A DNA stretch of 64,000 nt from an uncultured Christensenella sp. (GTDB lineage Bacteria; Bacillota; Clostridia; Christensenellales; UBA3700). The notes under the pieces were generated by a model. The model did not search any database, was not told the origin of the DNA, and saw nothing but the letters and a program-made list of their open reading frames with translations. This document shows, piece after piece, positions 26,585-35,776 of this stretch. The translations under genes and the position numbers were made by a program. The stretch lies in contig CASERZ010000010.1 in NCBI GenBank assembly GCA_949290515.1, positions 22,153-86,152 on the forward strand. The letters run 5' to 3'. The first letter of the stretch is position 1. Every line of letters starts with the position of its first letter.

Positions 26585-28096
26585 GTTTTAGTTCCCTTTT
26601 GTTGTTTGGTATGGTATAATAAAGCAATAATAAAACCGCCGTCAGCAAACGTTTTAGTTCCCTTTTGTTGTTTGGTATGGTATAATTAAAGCGGGATTAA
26701 GTCCAGCGGCTTTAAGGTTTTAGTTCCCTTTTGTTGTTTGGTATGGTATAATTTAGCAAGTTTAGTAATGTCAATTTTATCTGTTTTAGTTCCCTTTTGT
26801 TGTTTGGTATGGTATAATTTATAATATAATATTTTTATTGAAATTTGCGTTTTAGTTCCCTTTTGTTGTTTGGTATGGTATAATGCTGATAAGCGGTATA
26901 ATGCAAGGAGAGAGGTTTTAGTTCCCTTTTGTTGTTTGGTATGGTATAATCGCAACTTCGAGCGCGACAAAAAGACTAATGTTTTAGTTCCCTTTTGTTG
27001 TTTGGTATGGTATAATGTACGAGGTATAATCCTCAAGATTTTCACAGTTTTAGTTCCCTTTTGTTGTTTGGTATGGTATAATCGAGCCTAATTCAATCGT
27101 GTCTCTCAAGAGGTTTTAGTTCCCTTTTGTTGTTTGGTATGGTATAATCTGGATGGCATAATAAATGACATCCATTTTGTTTTAGTTCCCTTTTGTTGTT
27201 TGGTATGGTATAATAAATGCTGATATTCCTTTTATATGCGTTGAGTTTTAGTTCCCTTTTGTTGTTTGGTATGGTATAATTATAGCATAATTAAAAATTA
27301 AATCTTTACCGTTTTAGTTCCCTTTTGTTGTTTGGTATGGTATAATTAAAATAGTTATTGAGCAAAGTTATCCTAATGTTTTAGTTCCCTTTTGTTGTTT
27401 GGTATGGTATAATCTGACCATCCTCGATAGCAACTAACTTACCGTTTTAGTTCCCTTTTGTTGTTTGGTATGGTATAATCCACAGTCTCTGGCTCATTAC
27501 ATGGGTATTGTTTTAGTTCCCTTTTGTTGTTTGGTATGGTATAATTTTTAAACCTGGAAAATCAGTACCAGGAGCGTTTTAGTTCCCTTTTGTTGTTTGG
27601 TATGGTATAATTAAAATTATCATATTTAAAATACATTATTGTTTTAGTTCCCTTTTGTTGTTTGGTATGGTATACCCTTTTGTTGTTTGGTATGGTATAA
27701 TATAAATATTTAAGTGGTATTATGGTGGTGGGTTTTAGTTCCCTTTTGTTGTTTGGTATGGTATAATCTCCCATAACTTGTTTCCACTTAGGATACGGTT
27801 TTAGTTCCCTTTTGTTGTTTGGTATGGTATAATCAGGCTATTCGCGTAATGCCGACTTATAGGTTTTAGTTCCCTTTTGTTGTTTGGTATGGTATAATAA
27901 AAAATGAAAGTAGGTTTGTATGTAATTTGTTTTAGTTCCCTTTTGTTGTTTGGTATGGTATAATACTCTCCATTGTAAGAATAGTTTTGCATTAGTTTTA
28001 GTTCCCTTTTGTTGTTTGGTATGGTATAATCATTTCAAGCTTTGGATCAACTCCGTATTCGTTTTAGTTCCCTTTTGTTGTTTGGTATGGTATAAT
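26585..28096 (+). CRISPR. Type II-C CRISPR array: 23 repeats of 36 nt (GTTTTAGTTCCCTTTTGTTGTTTGGTATGGTATAAT), 22 spacers of 29-31 nt
   Basis: Repeats counted directly from 26585 to 28061; the one at 27641-27701 is partly duplicated. Orientation comes from the GTTTTAG 5' end and tracrRNA complementarity. Confidence 0.98.
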
Positions 28097-28113
28097 AGAG
28101 GAACAAAAAGAAT

Positions 28114-28153
28114 AAGGATATATGTCAAATAAACGGCATATATCCTTGTTTTT
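28114..28153. terminator. Bidirectional terminator-like hairpin between array and cas2 (leader side)
   Basis: AAGGATATATGTC-aaataaac-GGCATATATCCTT with T-runs on both strands. Confidence 0.65.
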
Positions 28154-28226
28154 ACAGTTTAAATGGAAAACGATTTTTTTTAAAAAGTGACCAAAGTTTT
28201 ATTTTTTTAATTGCAAAAACCGTTTT

Positions 28227-28547
28227 TTAGAAAAACGACAATTGATAATATTCTGCTTTTTGTTCTTCGCATTTGACTTTACCACGCACTATATACATAT
28301 TCGCATATTGTTTTTCCGTAACCACCATTACTCTTACCGAGCCTTCCTCAGGCGCATAGTTGGCAAGTCTTCGGCAATGCATCTGAGCATTGTCGAAGTT
28401 ATTGCAAAGCCTTCCGTACACGGAAAACTGTATCATATAATACCCGTCGTCTATCATAAACTTTCTGAAGTCCGTAGCAATCTTTCGTTGTGCTTTTGTC
28501 ATAACGGGCAAATCAAAGAATACTATTATCCTCATAAACTTACTCAT
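28227..28547 (-). CDS. cas2: CRISPR-associated endoribonuclease Cas2
   Basis: MRIIVFFDLPV, FRKF..DDGY.MIQFSVY.R, VTEKQY. Confidence 0.97.
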   Translation of the reverse strand: MSKFMRIIVFFDLPVMTKAQRKIATDFRKFMIDDGYYMIQFSVYGRLCNNFDNAQMHCRRLANYAPEEGSVRVMVVTEKQYANMYIVRGKVKCEEQKAEYYQLSFF

Positions 28548-29437
28548 AGATATTCGTGCGACTTAATCTCTTGCATAATAGGCAATTTAAGCTTGTTGAC
28601 GCCTTGCTCTAAAGAGGTCATATAACTGTCTATGCATATCTCAATACTCCTCGGCAAAACCTGATTGGCATTGTCAATCGACACGTCCGTGTTATTAAGA
28701 TTAAAAAGCAACTTCTTCGCATTGCTATCGAGAGTGCTGAGCGAAAATTTACTAACCGTCCTGTCTACGATAGCGCGGTAAGGCTCTATAAAATCGTCGG
28801 CAAGGTTAAAAGCGTTTAACTCGCTTGCGTGGTGAATTCCCAAAAATGCGCTAAATCCGCGTGCCGCTAAAGTGCGGGCAATAAGTCCTCGCACAATCGC
28901 ATAGCCGTAATTCAGACAAGCATTGGTACCATTGTCGCTGCGCCTGTCAAAATCTTTTCCGAAAAGCTCCTTAAAATAAATACGTGCCGCCGTTGCTTCT
29001 AAATTTGACGTATCGTCGCTAAGCACCGTTTGAGATAATGCAAACAGTTTTTCCGCGCCCTCTCTTTTTCCGTTTAATCTGAGACATTCAGCTTGATTTG
29101 CTATTTTGCGGGATATAATACTCTGCCACATTTGCTTGACAAGAGGTTTCTTGACTTGAGTCTGCAATCTGAATACTCTCAGATGCGCAAAGTATTGTCC
29201 GTAGGGCATCAATATCGCCGTCGGTATATGCTTTTGGTCGCATACAAATACCGCGACGCCCTCTTTAGCAAGCCTTGACAAAAGGCTTATACTGACAGAG
29301 CATTGCAAGTTGTCCACCATAACGCAGTTTATATCCTCAATGGCAAATCGCGCCTCTTTTTCGCCTGAGAGTATAAGCCCGTTGCTATCAAGCGAGAGTT
29401 TGCAATACGAACCCACAAAAATATTTATGTAGCCCAT
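28544..29437 (-). CDS. cas1: Type II CRISPR-associated integrase Cas1
   Basis: EATAARIYF, NACLNYGYAIVR, GIHH, AFNLADDFIEPYR. Confidence 0.97.
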   Translation of the reverse strand: MGYINIFVGSYCKLSLDSNGLILSGEKEARFAIEDINCVMVDNLQCSVSISLLSRLAKEGVAVFVCDQKHIPTAILMPYGQYFAHLRVFRLQTQVKKPLVKQMWQSIISRKIANQAECLRLNGKREGAEKLFALSQTVLSDDTSNLEATAARIYFKELFGKDFDRRSDNGTNACLNYGYAIVRGLIARTLAARGFSAFLGIHHASELNAFNLADDFIEPYRAIVDRTVSKFSLSTLDSNAKKLLFNLNNTDVSIDNANQVLPRSIEICIDSYMTSLEQGVNKLKLPIMQEIKSHEYL

Positions 29438-32400
29438 TATCTTTTCTTTTTAAACTCAAGCGGCAATCTCTTTTCGCTCTTTACTTCGCTGTAATTGCCC
29501 AATACGTCTACCGTGTATTTTTTGAATTGCAACAAAGTTTTGATACCAACTCGTCCTTTATGGCTATTTATATTATTAGTAATTTTTATTCGACTTCCAT
29601 CTATGTCAAACGAATTAAAATATAATAATTCTTGATTGCATACTATTTCTTTGTCCAAATTACTTTTGCTACAATCTCTTTCTTTTGTTAATTTAATACC
29701 TTCTCGATTTTCAACTAAAACCAAATCATCTTTATGAAGTGTAAATAGAAATTGATAGCTATCGTCTAATTGCGACCAACCATTCTTACTTTTTGATGGT
29801 ATTCTATTAGGAAGTTCACCTTTATACAAATCAGCAACGTAAATAGGTATTGCGTAGTATTGATTGTCTTTTGTAAATATATCCACGCGTATCATAGCCT
29901 CGTTGCCTACAAGCGCATTTGTCTTGTCAATAAGCATACCGCTTGTGCTGGTGTCTTTGATTTTTACGCTTCTAACAAGAGGACCTTGCCTTCCGTCTTT
30001 TGTAGGCTTATAAAAGGGCTCTTTAAACGCTCTTTTTCCGTCATAATCATATTTTTCAAGCCTTTCAATAATTGCATTATAAAGCCTTGTATCCGACTCT
30101 TTGTTAAAATACCTCGCCATCTTTTCTTTATTTAAATCACTTAAATCAGTTTTTAAAACAACAAATCCTTTGTCGATATGTTTTGCGCTCTTATAAGTTG
30201 CCGCGTGCATAGTGCCGATTGCCTTACGTCTAGGCATACGGCTGACAAAGACGGGTTTGACGGCTTCTATTTGCTCTTGTGTGTAACCTATGGTCTGCAA
30301 AGCGTCTACCATAGAATCCTTGTCGGGCAAGCATCTTATTCTAAGCTCCTCGACAAAATCTTTGTAAGGCTGCTTTGCGCCCCTCTTAAGCAAAATTGCA
30401 ACTTCCTTATAACCGAATACTTCACCCGTCTCTTCGTCGGTATATTCGCCGCCACCCAACTTGACGTTTTCTTTCATCTTATAAAATTCTGTAAGGTTTT
30501 TGATTACTCCGCTATCCATAACCGCGATAATAGCCGCGTCGACAGCGTGATGCAAATCCCCGTCCTCTCTCACTTTGTTTATGCCCCACACGCGTCTTAA
30601 AGTAGCAGTCATCTTACCCTTGACGGCATATACCGTACGCTTTACGTTTTTAAGCGGCATAAAGTATAAATAATCTTGCAAAAGATTCTGCACAAATCTC
30701 GAAAGATAGGACGTATCGTTGAGCGCTCTGTTTTTCCACTCCGTTTCGTCAATCTTTTCTTTTAGCAGTTTTTCTCTTTTAGCGGGATTATCCTTATACA
30801 AAGCATATACAAGCGCTCTATACTCCTTTTCTCGTCCTTTACGTATCTGATATGCCATAGCCGTATCGTTACGCTTGTCTTGGTTTTCTTTGGTCAAGAC
30901 AAGCACCTTATTGCTAAAGCTGTCATCAAAGCTCTTGCTGTATGGCAGTATATGGTCTACTTGAGCGTAGTCTTCGTCTTTGAAAAGTCTGTCTGCGTCA
31001 ATCACTTTGTCACTATATGGACATTTGCCGCCTTGCTCCTCATAGAGCTTGTATTTGATAAACTCGCTTGATTTGGGGTCTCTGCCGAAAGTATCTTTGA
31101 ACGCAGCTCTCAATTTATTATTGCTTTCTTCGCGCTCTTTGTTGTCCTTTTCTATTTTCTTGCGCTCCTCAAAAGTCTTGGACATTTCTCTCGCCAGCTC
31201 GATATTAATGGCTACCGGTGAGCCGTATTCGCGTATAAGTGCATTTATGACCTTTACAGCCTGACTCACCGAGCGTTTTACGACAGGCGAAGTGATTTCG
31301 TCTATTCTCGCCCTCATATCTTCGCCCTGCAAAAGCACCGACTTTTCGCCGTTTTTGTCTGCACTGATATCCGCTTTTTCCATAGCTTCGCTGTATTTAA
31401 AACCTTGCTCGAGATAAGGCTCAATCGCTTTAAGCGCACTTAAAGAAAGATTGGACGTCTTTGTGCAATCGAGTTGCAAAATATTCAGCACTTCTTCTTC
31501 ACCGAGAGAATTAAGCAAAGAATTGTCGGATATCTGCTCTCTGATACGCTCTTCGCTCTTGTTGAATAAAAGTATTTTTGCTACTTCGTCGATAATATCC
31601 CTGTTACGATGCTCTTCTGACAACGCTTTTGCTATTGTCGTACTGTTTTTCATAGTTACTAAAACCTTGTCTTCGGCTTTCTTTATAATCTCTTCAAGCG
31701 TAATTTCTTTTTCTTCTTCCCCTTTCTTTTTGGGCGCCTGATAGGATATGTTGAATATATATTCGGCTTCTAGCGCGAGCAGCTTTCTTACGTCCTTATA
31801 TTTAATTTCCGTTTTTTTGTTCAACAGCTCTCTGACCGACGCTCTTTCTTCGTTGCTCAAAAATCTCTCTTCGCCGTTGCCCTGAATTTTAAGATTGTTG
31901 ATTTTTTGCAAAGCGTTGGAATAATCTACTGTATAGCTGTACTTGGGAGCGCGGAATTCCCCGTTGAACATACCTACAGCAAAGTTACTTGAATAAGGAC
32001 TACCTTTTCCGGGTCCTTCGTCAAAGCTTCTCTGACGAGTAAATATCTCTATGAATTTTTCTTCTGTATTTTCATCGGCAAGAATATTTCCCAGCTCACG
32101 CTGTTTTGCAAACAATATCTTTGCTTCTTCTATAAGTCTGTCTCTAGACACCGTTTTAGAATAGTCTCCGCCTTTATTGCGCGTACAACAAAGCTTATTG
32201 CCGTTAGGGTCAGTACTCGCGTAATGCTTATACAACATCTCACCTACGGTACGATAACTGTTGTCTTGCATTATTATATCGTTCTGCTTGGTAGCAGCAA
32301 GCAATTTTCCGTCCTCTTTGGAAGACGCGTTTTTGCGGTTGCTCTTAAATCCTCTATGCTTTGCTATAGAATAAAGTACACGGGCAAAATCACGCTCGTT

Positions 32401-32709
32401 TATTTTCTCGTCCAGCGCGGCGCATCTCAATTCATTTACGTCACGCTCGCCTTCTTTTCTTGACATATCTTTTTGTCCTAAAAGATTGCGAATGTCCTCA
32501 AGACGTAATACTTTACGTCTTATTCTTCTTCGAAGTCCTCTTGCCTTTCTTCTGCCTTCGGCAAGACTTTTGCCATCCTCCGCCTCTGCCTTATCAAAAG
32601 TACGCGAATGAAGACTTAAAATTCTCTTAGCTTGTCCATTCTCGTCAATCTCAATAGCAGCCGCGCCGCAAGAGGCAATACCTAAATCAAGTCCGATTTT
32701 GTAAAACAT
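29437..32709 (-). CDS. cas9: Type II-C Cas9 (1090 aa)
   Basis: RuvC-I GLDLGIAS, Arg-rich bridge helix, RuvC-II IELARE, HNH QVDHILPYS..FDDSFSNKVL, RuvC-III HHAVDA; no csn2 or cas4 in the locus. Confidence 0.98.
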   Translation of the reverse strand: MFYKIGLDLGIASCGAAAIEIDENGQAKRILSLHSRTFDKAEAEDGKSLAEGRRKARGLRRRIRRKVLRLEDIRNLLGQKDMSRKEGERDVNELRCAALDEKINERDFARVLYSIAKHRGFKSNRKNASSKEDGKLLAATKQNDIIMQDNSYRTVGEMLYKHYASTDPNGNKLCCTRNKGGDYSKTVSRDRLIEEAKILFAKQRELGNILADENTEEKFIEIFTRQRSFDEGPGKGSPYSSNFAVGMFNGEFRAPKYSYTVDYSNALQKINNLKIQGNGEERFLSNEERASVRELLNKKTEIKYKDVRKLLALEAEYIFNISYQAPKKKGEEEKEITLEEIIKKAEDKVLVTMKNSTTIAKALSEEHRNRDIIDEVAKILLFNKSEERIREQISDNSLLNSLGEEEVLNILQLDCTKTSNLSLSALKAIEPYLEQGFKYSEAMEKADISADKNGEKSVLLQGEDMRARIDEITSPVVKRSVSQAVKVINALIREYGSPVAINIELAREMSKTFEERKKIEKDNKEREESNNKLRAAFKDTFGRDPKSSEFIKYKLYEEQGGKCPYSDKVIDADRLFKDEDYAQVDHILPYSKSFDDSFSNKVLVLTKENQDKRNDTAMAYQIRKGREKEYRALVYALYKDNPAKREKLLKEKIDETEWKNRALNDTSYLSRFVQNLLQDYLYFMPLKNVKRTVYAVKGKMTATLRRVWGINKVREDGDLHHAVDAAIIAVMDSGVIKNLTEFYKMKENVKLGGGEYTDEETGEVFGYKEVAILLKRGAKQPYKDFVEELRIRCLPDKDSMVDALQTIGYTQEQIEAVKPVFVSRMPRRKAIGTMHAATYKSAKHIDKGFVVLKTDLSDLNKEKMARYFNKESDTRLYNAIIERLEKYDYDGKRAFKEPFYKPTKDGRQGPLVRSVKIKDTSTSGMLIDKTNALVGNEAMIRVDIFTKDNQYYAIPIYVADLYKGELPNRIPSKSKNGWSQLDDSYQFLFTLHKDDLVLVENREGIKLTKERDCSKSNLDKEIVCNQELLYFNSFDIDGSRIKITNNINSHKGRVGIKTLLQFKKYTVDVLGNYSEVKSEKRLPLEFKKKR

Positions 32710-32750
32710 ATCAATCCCTCTCTTATATATAATTTTTTATAGTTTTGTTT

Positions 32751-32860
32751 TTAAAAAGATGTCCCGAGGTTATCGGGACAGAGCTTTTCGGGATAAAACC
32801 CTTATTTTGGTAACCTGTTTGTTGTTTGGTATGGTATATTTGTTCAGTTACCTTAGCTAT
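32751..32860 (-). ncRNA. tracrRNA
   Basis: Anti-repeat at 32804-32838 (21-nt perfect core TTTGTTGTTTGGTATGGTATA), nexus UAAGGGUUUUAUCCCG, terminal hairpin UGUCCCGA-uaacc-UCGGGACA plus U-tract, TTGACT -35 at 32884-32889. The 5' end is approximate. Confidence 0.88.
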
Positions 32861-33111
32861 AGATTATCACATAACTTTTGTTTAGTCAATATCACTTTTG
32901 GAAAAATTTGTATAATTTTTTGCAAATTTCGTCGATTTAAGAAGTTTCTATGCTATATGTCCAAAATATTGTACATTAATGTTGAATTTTTATTGTTTTT
33001 CGAAGAAAATATCCTAAATTGCTTATCAAGATTTAGAGCCTCCCCGTAGGAAGGCTCTTTGTGAATTATGTGCGCCAGCCGTGAGGCGGACGTCTTACTT
33101 TGACGAATTTA

Positions 33112-34122
33112 TTAGCAAATCTCGCTGAGTTTTACGGGTCTGCCCTCTTGCAAAGACTTCTTTGCGGCTACGCCTATTACGACTGCCTGCAAGCCGTCCT
33201 CGATGCTGACAGGTACGGGCTTATCGTTGACGATACAGTCAATAAACTGACTGACTTCGTTGACGTATGCCTGCATATATCTCTCAAGGAAGAAGAGTAA
33301 AGGCTTTTCTGCCGTTACGCCGTCGGCGTTGGATATTACGGCGTTGGAGGCGCTGTCGTTGGCAATTGCCACCTGACCGAGTTCGCCGAAAGCTTCCGCT
33401 CTTTGGTCGTAGCCGTAGCTTGCACGTCTGCAGTTGTCGATAACTGCAAGTGCGCCGCTCTTGAGACGCATAGTTATCACTGCGGTGTCTATGTCGCCCG
33501 CCTCGCCGATTGCCTTATCTACCATTACTCCGCCCATAGCGAATACGCTCTCTACCTCTTCGCCTGACAAGTATCTTACCATATCGAAATCGTGAATGGT
33601 CATATCGAGGAATATTCCTCCGCTGACTTTAATATAGGATACGGGAGGAGCTGCGGGGTCTCTGGAGCAAATCTTAAGTACGTTGAGCTTGCCGATTTTA
33701 CCGGCTTCTACGGCGTCTCTTACCGCCTTGAAGTTGTGGTCGAAACGACGGTTGAAACCTACCTGATATTTTACCTTGGAATTTTCAAGAGCCTTCTTGA
33801 CTTCGAGAATCTTGTCTATATCGTGGTCTACGGGCTTTTCGCAGAATACGTGCTTGCCCGCCTTGATAGCCTCGATGGATATAGGCGCGTGAGTGTCCGT
33901 AGAAGAACAAATCAGGACAGCGTCGATAGACTTGTCATTAAGTATGTCGTGATAGTCCTTGCTTGTCTTTTCCACGCCCATACCCTTGAGCCACTTTTCG
34001 GTGTCTTCGTTCATAAAGGGGTCAGCTACGGACTTTACCGTCGCGCCCTTGACGTAACACATAATTGATTCGCAGTGTACCTTGCCGATACGGCCTGCGC
34101 CGATGATACCTATGTTTATCAT
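33112..34122 (-). CDS. iolG: myo-Inositol 2-dehydrogenase
   Basis: GIIGAGRIG, CEKP, GFNRRFD, SGGIFLDMTIHDFD, YGYDQR. Confidence 0.92.
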   Translation of the reverse strand: MINIGIIGAGRIGKVHCESIMCYVKGATVKSVADPFMNEDTEKWLKGMGVEKTSKDYHDILNDKSIDAVLICSSTDTHAPISIEAIKAGKHVFCEKPVDHDIDKILEVKKALENSKVKYQVGFNRRFDHNFKAVRDAVEAGKIGKLNVLKICSRDPAAPPVSYIKVSGGIFLDMTIHDFDMVRYLSGEEVESVFAMGGVMVDKAIGEAGDIDTAVITMRLKSGALAVIDNCRRASYGYDQRAEAFGELGQVAIANDSASNAVISNADGVTAEKPLLFFLERYMQAYVNEVSQFIDCIVNDKPVPVSIEDGLQAVVIGVAAKKSLQEGRPVKLSEIC

Positions 34123-34228
34123 AATTTACCTCTTATTATACAGTTTTGATTAAATATATTTTGCAGTTTGCTTTGCGCACCGATTGTCGGTACGCAAAGA
34201 TGTGATTTTTTGCTGTTGTCGCTAAGTC

Positions 34229-35737
34229 TTAAATCGTACCGTCCCAAGTGGAAACCTTGGTAGACTTAGCTTCGTGCTCGTCAAACCAGTGCGTGGTAAC
34301 AGTCTTGCTGTCGGTATAGAACTTGAAGCTGTCTCTTCCCAAACAGTGCAAATCGCCGAAGAAGGAATTCTTGTGACCGGTAAAGGAGAATACGCCTACA
34401 GGTACGGGAATACCTACGTTTACGCCTACCATACCGCCGTCGGTGTTGCGTACGAATTCTCTTGCATAATAGCCGTTTTGCGTGTAGATTACCGAGCCGT
34501 TTGCAAAAGGATTTGCGTTCATAACGGCAAGACCTTCTTCAAAAGTCTTGACTCTCTTGATACAGAGTACGGGTCCGAATATCTCTCTCGTGCCTACGGT
34601 CATTTCGCTTGTTACGTTGTCGAGAATCGTAGGTCCGAGATAGAAGCCCTTTTCATAACCCTTTACAACGGTATTTCTGCCGTCGAGTACGAGTTTTGCC
34701 CCCTCGTCGATACCTTTCTGTATCCAGTCGCTTACGCTCTTCTTGTGCTCTGCACTGTATACGGGACCGAGCTTGGTCGTCTTGTCATATGCAGGACCTA
34801 CCTTGATGCCCTTAGCAAGTTCTACGAGTTTAGCTACGAGTTTGTCAGCTATACTCTCCTGTACTACCGCTACGGGAAGAGCCATACATCTCTCGCCCGC
34901 ACAGCCGTAAGTTGCGTTGATAATGCCTGCGGCGGTTCTGTCGAGCGCGGCGTCTTCGAGTACGAGTGCGTGGTTTTTAGCTTCGCACAAACACTGTACT
35001 CTCTTTCCGTACTTGGCTGCCGTTTCGTAAATATATCTTCCTACGGTCGTGGAGCCTACGAAAGTAATACCAACTACCTTGGGATTTGCGATAAGTTCCT
35101 GAGTATCGTTACGGTCGCAGCTTACGATATTGAGTACGCCGTCGGGAAGTCCCGCTTCTCTGTACAACTCTGCAATTCTCAAAGACGTCATAGGCGTTGC
35201 GCCCGCTACCTTGAGTACTATTGCGTTGCCGCAAGCAATACATACGGGAGCCATCCAGCCCATAGGAATCATTGCGGGGAAGTTGAAAGGCGCGATGCCT
35301 ACGAATACGCCCATAGACTCGCGGTAAAGTACCGTATCGTAGCCCGTAGACGCGTCCATAAGGCTTTCACCCTGCAAGAGAGAAGGCATTGAAAGCGCAA
35401 GCTCGGTACCCTCCTTTGCCTTGAGAATATCGCCCTTGCTCTCCTCCCAGTTCTTGCCGTGCTCGGTAGCACAAAGTTCTGTGAGTTCGTCCATATGCTC
35501 GACAAGCAAATCTCTCAATTTGTAAAGCACCTGTACTCTCTTGACAACGGGTACTCTCGACCATTTCTTGTAAGCCTCTTGCGCATTGTCGATAACCTTG
35601 CTTACTTCAGCCGTGGTACATCTGGGCATCTGCGCGATTTGTTCGCCCGTAGAAGGATTGAATACGGGATAATATTTATCCGTAGCGGATTGTACGAATT
35701 GGTTATTCGTAAAATATCCTAGTGTCTTTATTGCCAT
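34229..35737 (-). CDS. iolA: CoA-acylating (methyl)malonate-semialdehyde dehydrogenase
   Basis: PFNFPAMIP, FVGST, EAKNH, GCAGERCMA, EIFGPV, GMVGVNVGIPVP; iol context. Confidence 0.9.
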   Translation of the reverse strand: MAIKTLGYFTNNQFVQSATDKYYPVFNPSTGEQIAQMPRCTTAEVSKVIDNAQEAYKKWSRVPVVKRVQVLYKLRDLLVEHMDELTELCATEHGKNWEESKGDILKAKEGTELALSMPSLLQGESLMDASTGYDTVLYRESMGVFVGIAPFNFPAMIPMGWMAPVCIACGNAIVLKVAGATPMTSLRIAELYREAGLPDGVLNIVSCDRNDTQELIANPKVVGITFVGSTTVGRYIYETAAKYGKRVQCLCEAKNHALVLEDAALDRTAAGIINATYGCAGERCMALPVAVVQESIADKLVAKLVELAKGIKVGPAYDKTTKLGPVYSAEHKKSVSDWIQKGIDEGAKLVLDGRNTVVKGYEKGFYLGPTILDNVTSEMTVGTREIFGPVLCIKRVKTFEEGLAVMNANPFANGSVIYTQNGYYAREFVRNTDGGMVGVNVGIPVPVGVFSFTGHKNSFFGDLHCLGRDSFKFYTDSKTVTTHWFDEHEAKSTKVSTWDGTI

Positions 35738-35776
35738 AATAAATTCTCCTTTATCTGTATATGTGTTGTAATAATT

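Noticed and set aside
26686-28132. ORFs in the track overlapping the CRISPR array (LYHTKQQKGTK / YTIPNNKRELK repeats)
   Set aside because: They are translations of the repeats, not genes.
34274-35392. Long antisense ORFs over iolA and other genes (e.g. 16887-17999, 36896-37795, 55257-56060)
   Set aside because: They lie opposite well-supported genes, lack motifs and RBS, and reflect codon bias.
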